Shown: positions 1-10,561, counted from the first letter of the stretch. The stretch: 64,000 nucleotides of DNA from Planctomycetota bacterium (GCA_046290465.1 JBKAGP010000001.1:5120001-5184000), one strand, 5' to 3'. Program-made: numbers and translations. The notes: generated by a model not told the origin, from the sequence alone.

Positions 1-255
<255 letters not shown>

Positions 256-334
256 TGTCGGGCAAAGACTACAGCGAGTGGCCTGCCCGGGCGCGAGAGG
301 AAACTGGGTCGTTGCGACGGTTGTTCGGAATGCT

Positions 335-1099
335 TCAGGTCTGCCGCCAGCGTTGTTGAAAGTCTGCTCGATGGCTGCGCCCGAGCGGCACGCGCGCGCC
401 GCTCCGCAGGACCAACTCGTGGTCGCCACCGGGGCGCCGGTCGAGCTCGCAGACCTCCGGCAGCGCGACGATCGCGGACCTGTGGACACGCTGGAATCGC
501 GGTTCCGGCAGGGTCTTGGCGAGGCTGGTCAGCGTGCGACGGACCAGGAACGGGCCGTCGGGGTGGTGCAGGTGCACGTAGTTGCCGCGTGCCTCGATCC
601 ACTCGACCTCGTTGGCGTCGACCAGGCGGAGCCGGCCGGCGTGCTTGCAGACGAACCGTTTGCTCGGCCGTTCTTCGGTCGCCTGGTCGAGCAGGTCCTG
701 CATGCGCCGGTCGTCAGCGCCGAGCCGCTGCAGCGCCCGGTCGAGGGCGGCGAGCAGCCGGGCGTCGTCGAACGGCTTGAGCAGGTAGTCGACCGCGTGC
801 AGGTCGAAGGCCTGGATTGCGTAGTGCTCATAGGCCGTCGCGAACACGACGGCGGGCCGCATGTCGGCCTCGACCTGCGCCAGCGCCTCGAGGCCGTCGC
901 AGCCCGGCATCTGCATGTCGAGGAACACCAGCTGCGGCCGCAGCCGCTCGATGGCCTCGATTGCGGCGATGCCGTCGCCGGCCTCGCCGACCACCTCGAA
1001 GCGCGGCTCGCGTTCGAGTACTTCGCGGATGGCGCGGCGCGCGAGCGGCTCGTCGTCGACGACCAGCACGCGCACCGGCGGGGTTGCCTCAGGCGGCAT
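335..1099 (-). CDS. LytTR-family response regulator
   Basis: REC domain ([23 protein letters not shown]) plus LytTR domain ([19 protein letters not shown]). Confidence 0.95.
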   Translation of the reverse strand: MPPEATPPVRVLVVDDEPLARRAIREVLEREPRFEVVGEAGDGIAAIEAIERLRPQLVFLDMQMPGCDGLEALAQVEADMRPAVVFATAYEHYAIQAFDLHAVDYLLKPFDDARLLAALDRALQRLGADDRRMQDLLDQATEERPSKRFVCKHAGRLRLVDANEVEWIEARGNYVHLHHPDGPFLVRRTLTSLAKTLPEPRFQRVHRSAIVALPEVCELDRRPGGDHELVLRSGARVPLGRSHRADFQQRWRQT

Positions 1100-2126
1100 C
1101 CCGCGCCTCCTCGAAGGGCAGGCTGACGGTCGCGACGGTGCCGCGCAGGTCGCCGGCCGCGAGCGTCAGCTGTGCGCGCTCCCCGAACAGCGCCCGCAGC
1201 CGCGAGCGGGTCGTGCCGAGGCCGACGCCGTCGGCGATCGGCCCGGCCGCCGGACCGCCGCCGTCGTCCGCGACCTTGAGCTCGAGGCGATCGCCGTGGC
1301 GCCGCGCCGAGATCCGCACCGAGCCTTCGCCGGGCTGCTTCTCGATGCCGTGCAGCAACGCGTTCTCGACCAGCGGCTGCAGGATCAGATCCGGCACGGC
1401 CGCCGACAGGACGTCGTCTGGCAGGTCGATCTCGACCGTCAGGCGGTCGGCGAAGCGCAGCCGCTGCAGCTCGAGGTAGGGCTCGAGCAGATGGTGCTCG
1501 TCGGCGAGCGTGACCAGCTGGCCGCTGCGTTCCCGCAGAGTCTGGCGCAGCAGATCGCCGAGCAGCGTGATCATGCGCACCGCGGTGTCCGGCTCGCTGC
1601 GCACGGAGGCGCTGATGCCCTGCAGGCTGTTGAACAGGAAGTGCGGCTGCAGCTGGTTGCGCAGCGCGCGCAGCTGGGCCTGCAGCAGCTCGCCGCGGGC
1701 GGCTTCGCGGCTGCGGTAGATCTCAGTCGCAGCGGCGACCCCGGCGAGCGCGCAGTGGCGGAAGAAGTAGATGGCGGTCCAGAACCCGAAGGCCCATGGG
1801 GTATCGGGGAAGATGACGGTGAGCGCCGTTGTGTAGATCAGCTGGTGCGTAAGGCTCACCAGCAGGCTGACGCCGGTGAGCTTCGCGGCGAAAGCGAGCC
1901 ACGATCCCTGCCGGCGGCTGAAGCGACGCGAGCACTCGAACAACACGACCGTGCAGGCGCTGTAGCAGAGGACGCCGAGTGCCTGCAGCGCCAGTTGGTC
2001 CGTCCACACGACGTCCTGGACTTCGAGGTTGATGCCCGTGCTGATCGCCGTCATCACCGTCCAGAACAACACGCTGACTCCGAAGAACCTCCAGGTCAGC
2101 CACGACTTGCTTGCGTTCGTTTCCAT
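1089..2126 (-). CDS. LytS-type membrane sensor histidine kinase
   Basis: N-terminal TM helices; QLQPHFLFNSL, LQPLVENALLHG and GVGL motifs; overlaps the LytTR gene. Confidence 0.93.
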   Translation of the reverse strand: METNASKSWLTWRFFGVSVLFWTVMTAISTGINLEVQDVVWTDQLALQALGVLCYSACTVVLFECSRRFSRRQGSWLAFAAKLTGVSLLVSLTHQLIYTTALTVIFPDTPWAFGFWTAIYFFRHCALAGVAAATEIYRSREAARGELLQAQLRALRNQLQPHFLFNSLQGISASVRSEPDTAVRMITLLGDLLRQTLRERSGQLVTLADEHHLLEPYLELQRLRFADRLTVEIDLPDDVLSAAVPDLILQPLVENALLHGIEKQPGEGSVRISARRHGDRLELKVADDGGGPAAGPIADGVGLGTTRSRLRALFGERAQLTLAAGDLRGTVATVSLPFEEARDAA

Positions 2127-2170
2127 ACTGTTCCTCTACGGCGCCCGCTGCCAACGCCCGACGCCTCTGG

Positions 2171-2200
2171 GGCGAACGGCCCGTTCGACGGGACGAACGG
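2171..2200 (-). promoter_or_regulatory. Putative LytTR-binding direct repeat CCGTTCGTC-N12-CCGTTCGCC
   Basis: 9-bp repeats 21 bp apart, upstream of the LytS/LytTR operon; a third copy CCGTTCGAC on + at 2181-2189. Confidence 0.6.
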
Positions 2201-2298
2201 CGCCGCGATCGTTCCTTCACGTGCCCTGGGCCCGCTGGCGCCATCCAGGATCCGCCGTAGCATGCCTCGCCAGGGCCGATCGCCCCTGCGCCCGATCC

Positions 2299-3840
2299 AT
2301 GAAATACCCCCGATCCCTCGCGGCCCCGCTGCTGCTCGCAACGAGCCTGGTCGCGCCGCTCTCCGCCCAGCAGGGCGAGAACTGGCCGTTCGGTCTGCCG
2401 GCCGACGCGGGCGCGCTCGCCAAGAAGCGCGACCTGTTCAACCTCGGCCTGCTCGGCGTCAAGGCGTGGGACGCCGATCTGCCGGAGCCGGCGGCGAAGA
2501 TGGCCGGCGGCCGGCGCGCGGTCGCGAGCGAGCCGTTCGACGGCAACGACGACGGGCCCGAGCGGCTGGTCGTCAAGGCGCTGCTCGGCGGCGGTCCCGG
2601 CCAGCAGGCCGGCCTGCAGACCGGCGACGTGATCGTCGGCGTCGGCCGCAAGAAGTTCGCCAAGGCCGGCGGCAGCTTCGAGCCGCTCGCCGACGCGCTG
2701 CTCGCCGCCGAGAGCAAGAAGGGAGAGGTGGTGCTGCTGGTCGAGCGCGACGGCAAGGTCGTCAAGGTCACCTGCACGATCGCCAGCAACGGCGCGGCGG
2801 CGAAGAAGCCGACCGTCGGCGCCCAGCAGCGCAAGATCGTCGACGACGCCTGCGCGTTCCTGGCCGGTCGGCAGCAGGGCGACGGCGGCTTCCGCGCGAC
2901 CCTCGGCGGCATCAACGGGCAGGTCGTCAACACCTGCCTCGCCGGCCTCGCGTGGCTGGCCGGCGGCAGCACGCTGGATGGCGGAGCGCACCAGGACAAC
3001 CTGAAGAAGGCGCGCGACTACGTGATCGGCGCGCTCGGCAAGCCCGACGCGTTCGGTGCGGCGGCCGGTGGCGATGCCAACTGGGATCAGACCAACTGGC
3101 GCTACGCCTACGCCGGCATCTTCCTCGGAGAACTCGCCCAGCAGAGCAAGGACGAGGCCCTGCACGCAGCCGTGCAGGAGATCGCGACGACGCTGTGCGC
3201 GCGGCAGGAGGCGAGCGGTGGCTTCGCGCACGGCCCCGGCGGTCCCAACGCGCTCGGCTACCTCGAACTCAACATCGTCGGCGGCTTCGTGCTGTCGGCG
3301 CTCGGGCAGTGCAAGCGCGCCGGTGCGACGTTCGACGAACAGGTCGTCGAACGGCTGGTCGACTACCTCGAGAAGTCCGGCGGCGGCTCGGGCGGCGTCG
3401 CCTACTCGACCAAGGACGGCCAGATCGGCCAGCCCAACGTCGGTCGCACCGCCGTCGCCTGGCTCGGCCTGGTCGGCATGGGGCAGGGCGGCAAGCCGTT
3501 CGCGAAGAAGATGAAGAAGTGGCTGTCGGGCCACGTGCACGACGTGATGGGCGGCCATGCGTCGCTGATGCAGCACATCATGCTCGCCGGGGTGGCCGCC
3601 AACGCGCTCGGCAGCAAGGCGCAGAAGGCCTACTGGAAGGTGCTGCAGCGCGACCTGACGCTGTGCCGCTGCCCGGACGGCTCGATCCAGATGCGGCCGT
3701 GGCACGAGTCGCTCAACATGCAGAGCAACTCCGACGTCACGATGGGTCAGATCTGGAGCACCGCCTCGTGGGCGATCGTGCTCGCCGCCGACGGCTTCAA
3801 GGACCGCACCGGCGGCCTCCCCGGCTGGTGCGGAAAGTAG
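2299..3840 (+). CDS. Secreted PDZ-domain protein with alpha/alpha-toroid (prenyltransferase-like, DUF6288-like) C-terminal region
   Basis: Signal peptide MKYPRS...LSAQ; PDZ-like GGPGQQAGLQTGDVIVGV; QQGDGGF and QEASGGF repeats; start re-assigned from 2029. Confidence 0.7.
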   Translation: MKYPRSLAAPLLLATSLVAPLSAQQGENWPFGLPADAGALAKKRDLFNLGLLGVKAWDADLPEPAAKMAGGRRAVASEPFDGNDDGPERLVVKALLGGGPGQQAGLQTGDVIVGVGRKKFAKAGGSFEPLADALLAAESKKGEVVLLVERDGKVVKVTCTIASNGAAAKKPTVGAQQRKIVDDACAFLAGRQQGDGGFRATLGGINGQVVNTCLAGLAWLAGGSTLDGGAHQDNLKKARDYVIGALGKPDAFGAAAGGDANWDQTNWRYAYAGIFLGELAQQSKDEALHAAVQEIATTLCARQEASGGFAHGPGGPNALGYLELNIVGGFVLSALGQCKRAGATFDEQVVERLVDYLEKSGGGSGGVAYSTKDGQIGQPNVGRTAVAWLGLVGMGQGGKPFAKKMKKWLSGHVHDVMGGHASLMQHIMLAGVAANALGSKAQKAYWKVLQRDLTLCRCPDGSIQMRPWHESLNMQSNSDVTMGQIWSTASWAIVLAADGFKDRTGGLPGWCGK

Positions 3841-3912
3841 CCGTACGGTATGCGGTCCATCCTCCACCTTCGCGGCCGCAGAGCGGCCGCGACAGGTGGA
3901 GGATGGACCGCA
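3831..3912. repeat. REP/REPIN-like palindromic element, copy 1
   Basis: GGAAAGTAGCCGTACGGTA, then arm TGCGGTCCATCCTCCACCT (3851-3869) pairing with 3894-3912; similar to copies at 15.1 and 46.1 kb. Confidence 0.85.
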
Positions 3913-3919
3913 GTCGAAT

Positions 3920-3957
3920 GCCGAGGGGCCGTCTCCCGCAGGAGACGGCCCCTCGGC
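3920..3957. terminator. 17-bp GC-rich hairpin between convergent genes
   Basis: GCCGAGGGGCCGTCTCC-CGCA-GGAGACGGCCCCTCGGC; no strong U-tract. Confidence 0.6.
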
Positions 3958-3969
3958 GTTGCGATCGGA

Positions 3970-5121
3970 TCAGTAGCCGATCGTGGTGTTGTTGCCGTTC
4001 GACAGCACCAGGAGCGGAGCACCCGGGTCGAAGGCGACGGCCTGGGCCGACAGCGCCGCGCCGGTCAGCGCCGCGTTGTTCGGCATCGCGACCGACGTGC
4101 TGGCCATGCCGCCCGTCGGAGCGCCGATCGCGTACATCCCGAACGCGGCGTCCATGTGCGCCTCACAGGTCGGGCCGAACAGCGTCGGGAACAGCACGCC
4201 GACCGGGGTCGGCGGGACCGGCATGCCGTAGGCGATGAACACCGGCAGCGGTGCCGGGGCGGTCACGCCCGAGACCTCCATGCTCCAGTTCGTGCCGACG
4301 AACGGCGGACGCGTCGTGACCAGCGTCAGGCCGCAGCCGGTGCCGACGTCGGTCGTCGAGCCGCAGTCGAGCGGCGTCGGGACGCACAGCCAGCCGGGGC
4401 TCAGCGGGGTCAGCGTCAGCGTCGTGTTGTTGAGGTCGAAGTTCGGGTCGGGCGTGTTCGAGCCGGCCGGGCCGGGCCCGATGAACTCCTCGAACACCGT
4501 CGCGTTGGTGGTCGTGACGACCGTGCTCAGGTCGGACGGGCCGGCGGCGACGTTGTTGAGCGTGTGCACGCCGACGATCGTCTCGAGCGCGCCGAACGTC
4601 GAGCTGGTGTTGTTGCAGCGGTCGTCGAGGCGGATGCGGATCTCGCCGCTCGGGAACAGCGTCACCGAGACCGAGAACGCGCCGGCCGCGTAGCTCAGGT
4701 ACGGCTCGTTGTCGATCCACGACACGGTGCAGCTGGCCGGGTCGGTGTTGTCGACCCAGATGCCGGCGTTCGGCGACGTCGGCGCGCCGAAGCCCTGGGT
4801 GCTGTGGTCACCCCAGTAGGCGAAGATGCAGTCCGCGCCGAGGGTGTCGAGGTTGGCGGCACCGGGCGTGTAGGTCGACGCGCCGCCGATCGGCGTCGGC
4901 GTCGTGCCGTTGGACAGCGCGATGATGCCGTGGTCGCTGATCCACATGTCGGTGTACGTGGTCCCGTTGAACGGGAACGCGAAGCCGATCGGGACCGGGG
5001 CGGTCGTGAAGTTGTCGATCGGCGGGGCCGTGTCGAGCGTGCCGAACTCCTGCAGCGTGCACTGGGCGATCGCGAGCGGCGAGAGGGCCGCCAGGGCGAG
5101 AGACGTGAGAACGTGGTTCAT
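3970..5121 (-). CDS. Secreted beta-rich protein with shared C-terminal domain
   Basis: Signal peptide MNHVLTSLALAALSPLAIAQ; VPIGFAFPFNGTTYTDMWISDHG (NIDO-like) segment; ends MPNNAALTG...AQAV...SNG. Confidence 0.85.
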   Translation of the reverse strand: MNHVLTSLALAALSPLAIAQCTLQEFGTLDTAPPIDNFTTAPVPIGFAFPFNGTTYTDMWISDHGIIALSNGTTPTPIGGASTYTPGAANLDTLGADCIFAYWGDHSTQGFGAPTSPNAGIWVDNTDPASCTVSWIDNEPYLSYAAGAFSVSVTLFPSGEIRIRLDDRCNNTSSTFGALETIVGVHTLNNVAAGPSDLSTVVTTTNATVFEEFIGPGPAGSNTPDPNFDLNNTTLTLTPLSPGWLCVPTPLDCGSTTDVGTGCGLTLVTTRPPFVGTNWSMEVSGVTAPAPLPVFIAYGMPVPPTPVGVLFPTLFGPTCEAHMDAAFGMYAIGAPTGGMASTSVAMPNNAALTGAALSAQAVAFDPGAPLLVLSNGNNTTIGY

Positions 5122-5248
5122 GGTGGACTTGGTCCTGACAAGAGACGTTGGGGCATGGGACGGCGCCGTAGGGCTTGGCGTCGCTACCCGGAAGCGTAGC
5201 TGCCTTTTGCCGCGGCGCGAAGGGGGGGGACAGGTCATCTCGCGGCAG

Positions 5249-6979
5249 CTACCGCCGCTTCTTCCCGGCCGCGTCGCCGTCCTTGGGACCGTTCTCGAAC
5301 GGCCACGGCTGCACGCCGACGCGCCGCGCCCACGCGTTCCATTGCGCGGTCATTGCGCGCAGGCGTTCGGGATACTCGCTGGCAAGGTCGGTCGACTCGG
5401 TCCGATCGGCGACCATGTCGTACAGCTCCCAGGAGATCGGCCGCTGCTTGCGGTAGGCCGAGACGATCTTCCAGCGACCGTCGCGCAGGCCGAGGTTGCC
5501 GTGGTGTTCGAAGCAGATCGGATCATTGCGCTCGACCGCGCCGCCGCGCAGCGCCGGCAGCAGGTCGATGCCCTCTGCCGGCTGCACCGGCTGGTCCCCG
5601 TTGTGCGCCGGATAGGACGCGCCGGCCGCGGCGAGCACCGTCGGCAGCACGTCGATCAGGTGCGCGGGCGTGTCGACGATGCTGCCGTGCCGCGCCGCGT
5701 CGAGGCCGCGCGGCCAGTGCACGATCAGCGGCGTGCTGATGCCGCCTTCGTAGGCGTCGTGCTTGTAGCCACGGAACGGCGTGTTCGAGACGTTGGCCCA
5801 GCCGCGGCCGTAGCCGATGAACGTGTCCTCGCCGCCGGCCATCGCGCCGGGACCGGTGCGCACGGCGCGGCCGTCGCGGGTCTGCATCGGCGGCCAGATC
5901 TTCTTCTGCAACCCGTCCCTGCCGAGCGGCTGGTAGGTCTTGCCGCGGATCTGCTCGGCGTTCGACCGGCGACCGAACGCCTCGGCGCAGCCGCCGTTGT
6001 CCTGCAGGTAGACGATCACGGTGTCGTCGAGCCGGCCCTGCCGTTCGAGTTCGGCGACCAACCGGCCGATGCCCTGGTCCATGCGGTCGATCATCGCCGC
6101 GTAGACCTGCATGTTGCGCGCCTCCCACTGGTGGTTCGGCGTCTTCGCCCACGGCGCGGGCAGCGCCGACAGCGGCCACTTCGGGTCGAGCACACCGAGC
6201 TCCCGGGCGCGCCGCAGGCGCTGCGCGCGAATCGGTTCGAAGCCGTCGTCGTAGACGCCCTCGTACTTCGCGATGTCGCGCTCGAGCGCGTGCATCGGCC
6301 AGTGCGCCGTCGTGTAGGCGACGTACAGGAAGAACGGCTCCGCCCCGTGCTGCTGCTGGTGCTCCCGCACGAACCGCACCGCCTGGTCGCTGATCGCGTC
6401 GGTGTAGTAGAAGCGCTCGGGTCGGTACTCGGGGTCGTTCTCCGGCGTGACATAGCGGTTGTCGCGGCACAGCGTCGACGGGTCGAAGAAGCTGCCGGCG
6501 CCGATGATCGTGCCGTAGAAGCGGTCGAAGCCGCGCTGCAGTGGCCAGTTGTGCTTCGGTCCCTCGGGCCCGACGTGCCGCGTCACGTGCCACTTGCCCG
6601 CCATGTAGTTGCGGTAGCCAGCGGGCCGCAGCGCTTCGGCGATCGTCACGCAGCGACGGTTGAGGTCGCCGCGGTAGGCGTCGTAGCCACGGTCGCCGGT
6701 CATCAGGCCGATGCCGGCCTGGTGCGAGTAGAGCCCGGTGAGCAGCGACGCGCGCGTCGGGCAGCAGCGCGACGTGTTGTAGAACTGCGTCATGCGCACG
6801 CCGCCGGCCGCCAGCCGGTCGAGCGTCGGCGTGTGCACCTCGCCGCCGTAGCAGCCGATGTCGGTGTAGCCCATGTCGTCGGCCAGGATCAGCACGACGT
6901 TCGGGCGCGGGCGCTGCGGCGTCTGCTGCGACGGCAGCGCTGCACAGATGGTCAGGACGAGCGCGAGGACGCGGGGCAT
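5249..6979 (-). CDS. Arylsulfatase (formylglycine-dependent sulfatase)
   Basis: PNVVLILADDMG, CCPTRASLLTG, GKWH motifs; signal peptide; start re-assigned to 6979 (TACCAT 6 nt upstream). Confidence 0.95.
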   Translation of the reverse strand: MPRVLALVLTICAALPSQQTPQRPRPNVVLILADDMGYTDIGCYGGEVHTPTLDRLAAGGVRMTQFYNTSRCCPTRASLLTGLYSHQAGIGLMTGDRGYDAYRGDLNRRCVTIAEALRPAGYRNYMAGKWHVTRHVGPEGPKHNWPLQRGFDRFYGTIIGAGSFFDPSTLCRDNRYVTPENDPEYRPERFYYTDAISDQAVRFVREHQQQHGAEPFFLYVAYTTAHWPMHALERDIAKYEGVYDDGFEPIRAQRLRRARELGVLDPKWPLSALPAPWAKTPNHQWEARNMQVYAAMIDRMDQGIGRLVAELERQGRLDDTVIVYLQDNGGCAEAFGRRSNAEQIRGKTYQPLGRDGLQKKIWPPMQTRDGRAVRTGPGAMAGGEDTFIGYGRGWANVSNTPFRGYKHDAYEGGISTPLIVHWPRGLDAARHGSIVDTPAHLIDVLPTVLAAAGASYPAHNGDQPVQPAEGIDLLPALRGGAVERNDPICFEHHGNLGLRDGRWKIVSAYRKQRPISWELYDMVADRTESTDLASEYPERLRAMTAQWNAWARRVGVQPWPFENGPKDGDAAGKKRR

Positions 6980-7011
6980 GCCGTCATGGTAGCTGGCCGT
7001 CATGGTAGCTG
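6980..7011. repeat. Exact 16-bp tandem duplication containing the putative -10 box
   Basis: GCCGTCATGGTAGCTG x2. Confidence 0.9.
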
Positions 7012-7070
7012 GCACGGGACCTTGCGCGCACGGGACACTGCGCGACCACGCGTGCCGTCCCGCGAACCCG

Positions 7071-9869
7071 CTACTTCGACAGCCGCTCGATCGCCTCGCG
7101 CGCGATCTCGGCGTCCTTGCCGTAGCGGTCCAGCTGCAGCATGCGCTCGTAGCACTGCCGCGCCTTGGCCGGCTCCTGCGGGAACGCGCGTTCGGCAGTG
7201 CGCGCCAGCGCCAGGTAGAGGCGGGCATCCCGCGGGTGGAGCTGCACCGCCTTCATGCCGTCCTCGAACAGCTGGCCGGTGTCGTCGTCCGCGAGTCGGT
7301 GCAGGCGCGCGTTGAGCAGCGCGACGCGGTCGACCGCGGTGGCGTGCTGCGAACGGTCGAAGTGCCGCGCGATCTCGAGGATCGCGTCGAACCGCTCGAA
7401 CTCGGCCAGCGTCAGGTAGCAGTCCTCGCGCAGCCGGTCATTGTGCGGGTGCGCGTAGAGCGCGTCGGCGACCACCTTGGTGCGGCCCTCGGCGGCAGCC
7501 TCGCGCAGCCCCGGCACCACCAGGCTCTGCGCCCTTGCGACCAGCGTGCGGCGGTCGACGCCGACCAGCAGCGGTACGCCGCGGCGCGACGCGGCGGTGC
7601 GCGTCAGGTGGTCCGAGTAGCCTTCGGAGTCGTCGAGCCAGGTGACGACCACGCTGCTCGGCGCGATCGTCGCGGCGAAGGCGTCGTCGGCCGGCAGCTG
7701 CGTCGGGGCCAACCAGCGGTCCCACGAGCCGTTCTCGGCCGGTTCGACCCAGGTGCCGCCCTGCGCGAGCAGCGCGCGCGCGACCAGCAGGGCCAGCAGG
7801 CGACGGCCGTTGCCGTTCGGCGATGCCAGGGCTTCGTTGACGCACGCGATCAGCGCCTGGGTCGCGACACCGGTGGCGGGCAGCGTCGCGCCGACCTGCT
7901 CGGTGGCGATCGCGTCGGCGCGCGCCAGCACCGCCTGCAGCTGGGTGTGCGTGCGGGGCGGCGTCGGTTCGGCGGCCAGCAGCGCTGTGCCGATCGCGTC
8001 CAGGGCCTCGATCGAGAACGGTTGGCAGCCGGCGCCGTGGTCGAGGCAGTCGGCGCGCGACGTGCGCACGATGCGCGTCCTGCCGTTGCCGAGCGTGATG
8101 GCGTAGGTCAGTTCGCGGTCCGTGCACGCGATGCCGAACAGGCCGCTGCCGGTCGCGAGCACCTGCATCTGGCCGTCGGCGCGCACCAGCCAGATCCCGG
8201 TCGGTCGGCCGACGGGCGTGCCGGTGACCAGCCAGCCGTCGCTGGTGGCGGCGACCTGGTTGCAGGTCCGCCAGGCGCCGAGCGGCGCCCGTTCGCCGTC
8301 GGCGGTCGAGACCACGACGACCTGCTGCGGCCATTCGAGCGGCGACAGCAGGCCGGCCTGCCGCGAACGCACCGCGACGTGCGCGCCGCTCGGCGACGCC
8401 ACCAGCTGCTGGATGCGCAGGTCGCCGAGGTCGGCGAGGCGCTGTTCGCTGCCGTCGGCGCGGCGGCGGACCAGCGTCTGGCGCACGTCGTCCTGCGCGC
8501 GCCAGTTCCTCTCGAGGCCGATGCGCGGGCGCGGTCGGGTCTGCACCACGAACAGGTCCTCGCCGCAGGCCGCCGCCGCCTGCGCGTCGCACAGCTTTTC
8601 GCCGACCTTGCCGTCGACGATCTTGCACAGCTTGCCGTCCTGGCACAGCAGCAGGCCGCCGCCGTGCGGCACGACGCACCACTGCCCGTACTCGTTGCTG
8701 CGGTAGACGGCCTTGCGGCCGTCGTCGTCGATGCGCCACGCAGCGCGGTGCTCGCAGACCACCACGCTGCCGTCGTCGAGCTGCACGGAGCCGTTCGGCG
8801 ACCACATCTCGAGCTCGGCCAGCTGCCGGCCACGACCGGCGAACGCGCGGGTGCGCGCCGGCCATTCCGGTTCTGCGGGCGGCGTGGCGCCGACGTCGGG
8901 CAGCGTCAGCGGCGTCGGGCCGGCGACGACCGCGATGCTGCGCAGCAGGGCGTCCCGCACCGGGCGCGCGTCGCCGGCCTTGCCCGGCGCGAAGTAGCGC
9001 ATCATCAGGGCGCTGCCGTTGCGCTGCATCAGCAGCGAGTGGGTGGTGTGCTGCTTGCTCTGGCAGATCATCAGCGTCGCGTCGCAGTCCGCCAGCGCGA
9101 ACGGCTTGCGCGACAGCTCCACGGTGCTCTCCTCGTATTCGGTCAGCGCCTGCAGCTCCTGACCGAGCAGGTAGTCGGCGTTGGCGCCGTGGTCGGTCGT
9201 GTAGACCATCACGATGTGGTCGCCGTCCGGCGACACCAGCCGGACCTGCTCGTCATACTCGTTGGGCTCCTTGCAGAGCATCACCGGCGCCGCCTCGAAC
9301 GTGATCCGCAGCGACCCATCGCGGGCCTCGTGGCGGATCGGCTTCGCTGCCGTGCGCCAGGTCGCATCGGCCGCAGGGAACGAGAAACCGTCGTGCAGCG
9401 CCTTGCTGCGCTCGGCCAGGAAGCGGCGATCCTTGCGCGGCGACCACGTCAGCACGTGGTAGGCGAGCCCCGGCTGGACCAGCAGGTCGGAGTGGAACAC
9501 GACCTGCACGCCGTTGACCTTGGCCTCGATCCGGCGCGAGGCGCGTGTCCACTGCGCCTCGGCGACCACCTCGACAGGCTCGCCGATGCCGACCGTGGTC
9601 AGCCAGTCCAGCGCGCGCACGTAGTCGCCCTCGTTCTCGTAGATGCCCTGCAGCTCGCGCACGGTCGCGTAGACCTCACGGCGCCGGAACAGGCTGCCCT
9701 TGGAGCCGTTGAACTGGTCGGCGTCGTCGTCCTTGTCGAGCGTCTGCCGCCGCCAGCCGTCGTCGAGCTTCAGCGTGGCGCCGACCGAGCCGATATCGTG
9801 CGCCTTCTGCGCGGCCAGCGCCGCGGCCAACAGTGCGGTGGCGAGGATCCCTCTGCGAGCGGTGTGCAT
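7071..9869 (-). CDS. Large secreted hypothetical protein, C-terminal TPR-like region
   Basis: Signal peptide ...LAAQ; host-like codon usage; helical TPR-like end (AVQLHPRDARLYLALAR...CYERMLQLD). Confidence 0.75.
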   Translation of the reverse strand: MHTARRGILATALLAAALAAQKAHDIGSVGATLKLDDGWRRQTLDKDDDADQFNGSKGSLFRRREVYATVRELQGIYENEGDYVRALDWLTTVGIGEPVEVVAEAQWTRASRRIEAKVNGVQVVFHSDLLVQPGLAYHVLTWSPRKDRRFLAERSKALHDGFSFPAADATWRTAAKPIRHEARDGSLRITFEAAPVMLCKEPNEYDEQVRLVSPDGDHIVMVYTTDHGANADYLLGQELQALTEYEESTVELSRKPFALADCDATLMICQSKQHTTHSLLMQRNGSALMMRYFAPGKAGDARPVRDALLRSIAVVAGPTPLTLPDVGATPPAEPEWPARTRAFAGRGRQLAELEMWSPNGSVQLDDGSVVVCEHRAAWRIDDDGRKAVYRSNEYGQWCVVPHGGGLLLCQDGKLCKIVDGKVGEKLCDAQAAAACGEDLFVVQTRPRPRIGLERNWRAQDDVRQTLVRRRADGSEQRLADLGDLRIQQLVASPSGAHVAVRSRQAGLLSPLEWPQQVVVVSTADGERAPLGAWRTCNQVAATSDGWLVTGTPVGRPTGIWLVRADGQMQVLATGSGLFGIACTDRELTYAITLGNGRTRIVRTSRADCLDHGAGCQPFSIEALDAIGTALLAAEPTPPRTHTQLQAVLARADAIATEQVGATLPATGVATQALIACVNEALASPNGNGRRLLALLVARALLAQGGTWVEPAENGSWDRWLAPTQLPADDAFAATIAPSSVVVTWLDDSEGYSDHLTRTAASRRGVPLLVGVDRRTLVARAQSLVVPGLREAAAEGRTKVVADALYAHPHNDRLREDCYLTLAEFERFDAILEIARHFDRSQHATAVDRVALLNARLHRLADDDTGQLFEDGMKAVQLHPRDARLYLALARTAERAFPQEPAKARQCYERMLQLDRYGKDAEIAREAIERLSK

Positions 9870-9889
9870 GCCGCGCGCATCCTACCGGC

Positions 9890-10561
9890 CTACTCGCGCA
9901 GCCGGTAGCCGACGCCGTGCACGGTCAGCAGCCACGCGGGCGCCTTCGGGTCGCGCTCGATCTTCTTGCGCAGCTGGAACACGTGGGTGTCGACGGTGCG
10001 GGTCGTCGGGGTCGCATCGTACCCCCAGACCGCGCGCAGCAGGTCGTCGCGGGAGCAGGCCTGGCCGCGGTGGCGCAGCAGGTGCGCGAGCAGTTCGGCC
10101 TCCTTGGGCAGCAGCCGATGCTCGGCGTTGGCGCGCAGCACCCGGTGGCCGGCGATGTCGATCTCGGCGTCGCCGAGGCGCAGGCTCGCCGACGGCTGCT
10201 CGACGCGACGCTGCACCGCCTGGATGCGCGCGTCCAGCTCGTGCACGCTGAACGGCTTGACCACGTAGTCGTCGGCGCCGGTCTGCAGGCCGAGCACGCG
10301 CTGCTCGGTCTCCCCGTGCGCGGTCAGCACGATCACCGGGGTCTTGTCACCGCCGCGACGCAGCGCGCGCAGCACGTCGAGGCCGTCGCCGTCGGGCAGC
10401 CGCAGGTCGAGCAGCACCATGTGGAAGCGCTGCTCGGCGAGGGCGCCGTCGGCGTCGGCGATCGTCGCGCAACCCCGCACGTGCCAGCCGCGGCCGACGA
10501 AGTAGTCGACCAGGCTCTCGCGGATGCTCGCGTCGTCCTCGACCACCAGCAGCTGGTCCAT
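9890..10561 (-). CDS. OmpR/PhoB-family response regulator
   Basis: MDQLLVVEDD, LLDLRLPDGDG, GADDYVVKPF, TRTVDTHVFQLRKKIE, TVHGVGYR; ATGA overlap with the kinase stop. Confidence 0.95.
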   Translation of the reverse strand: MDQLLVVEDDASIRESLVDYFVGRGWHVRGCATIADADGALAEQRFHMVLLDLRLPDGDGLDVLRALRRGGDKTPVIVLTAHGETEQRVLGLQTGADDYVVKPFSVHELDARIQAVQRRVEQPSASLRLGDAEIDIAGHRVLRANAEHRLLPKEAELLAHLLRHRGQACSRDDLLRAVWGYDATPTTRTVDTHVFQLRKKIERDPKAPAWLLTVHGVGYRLRE

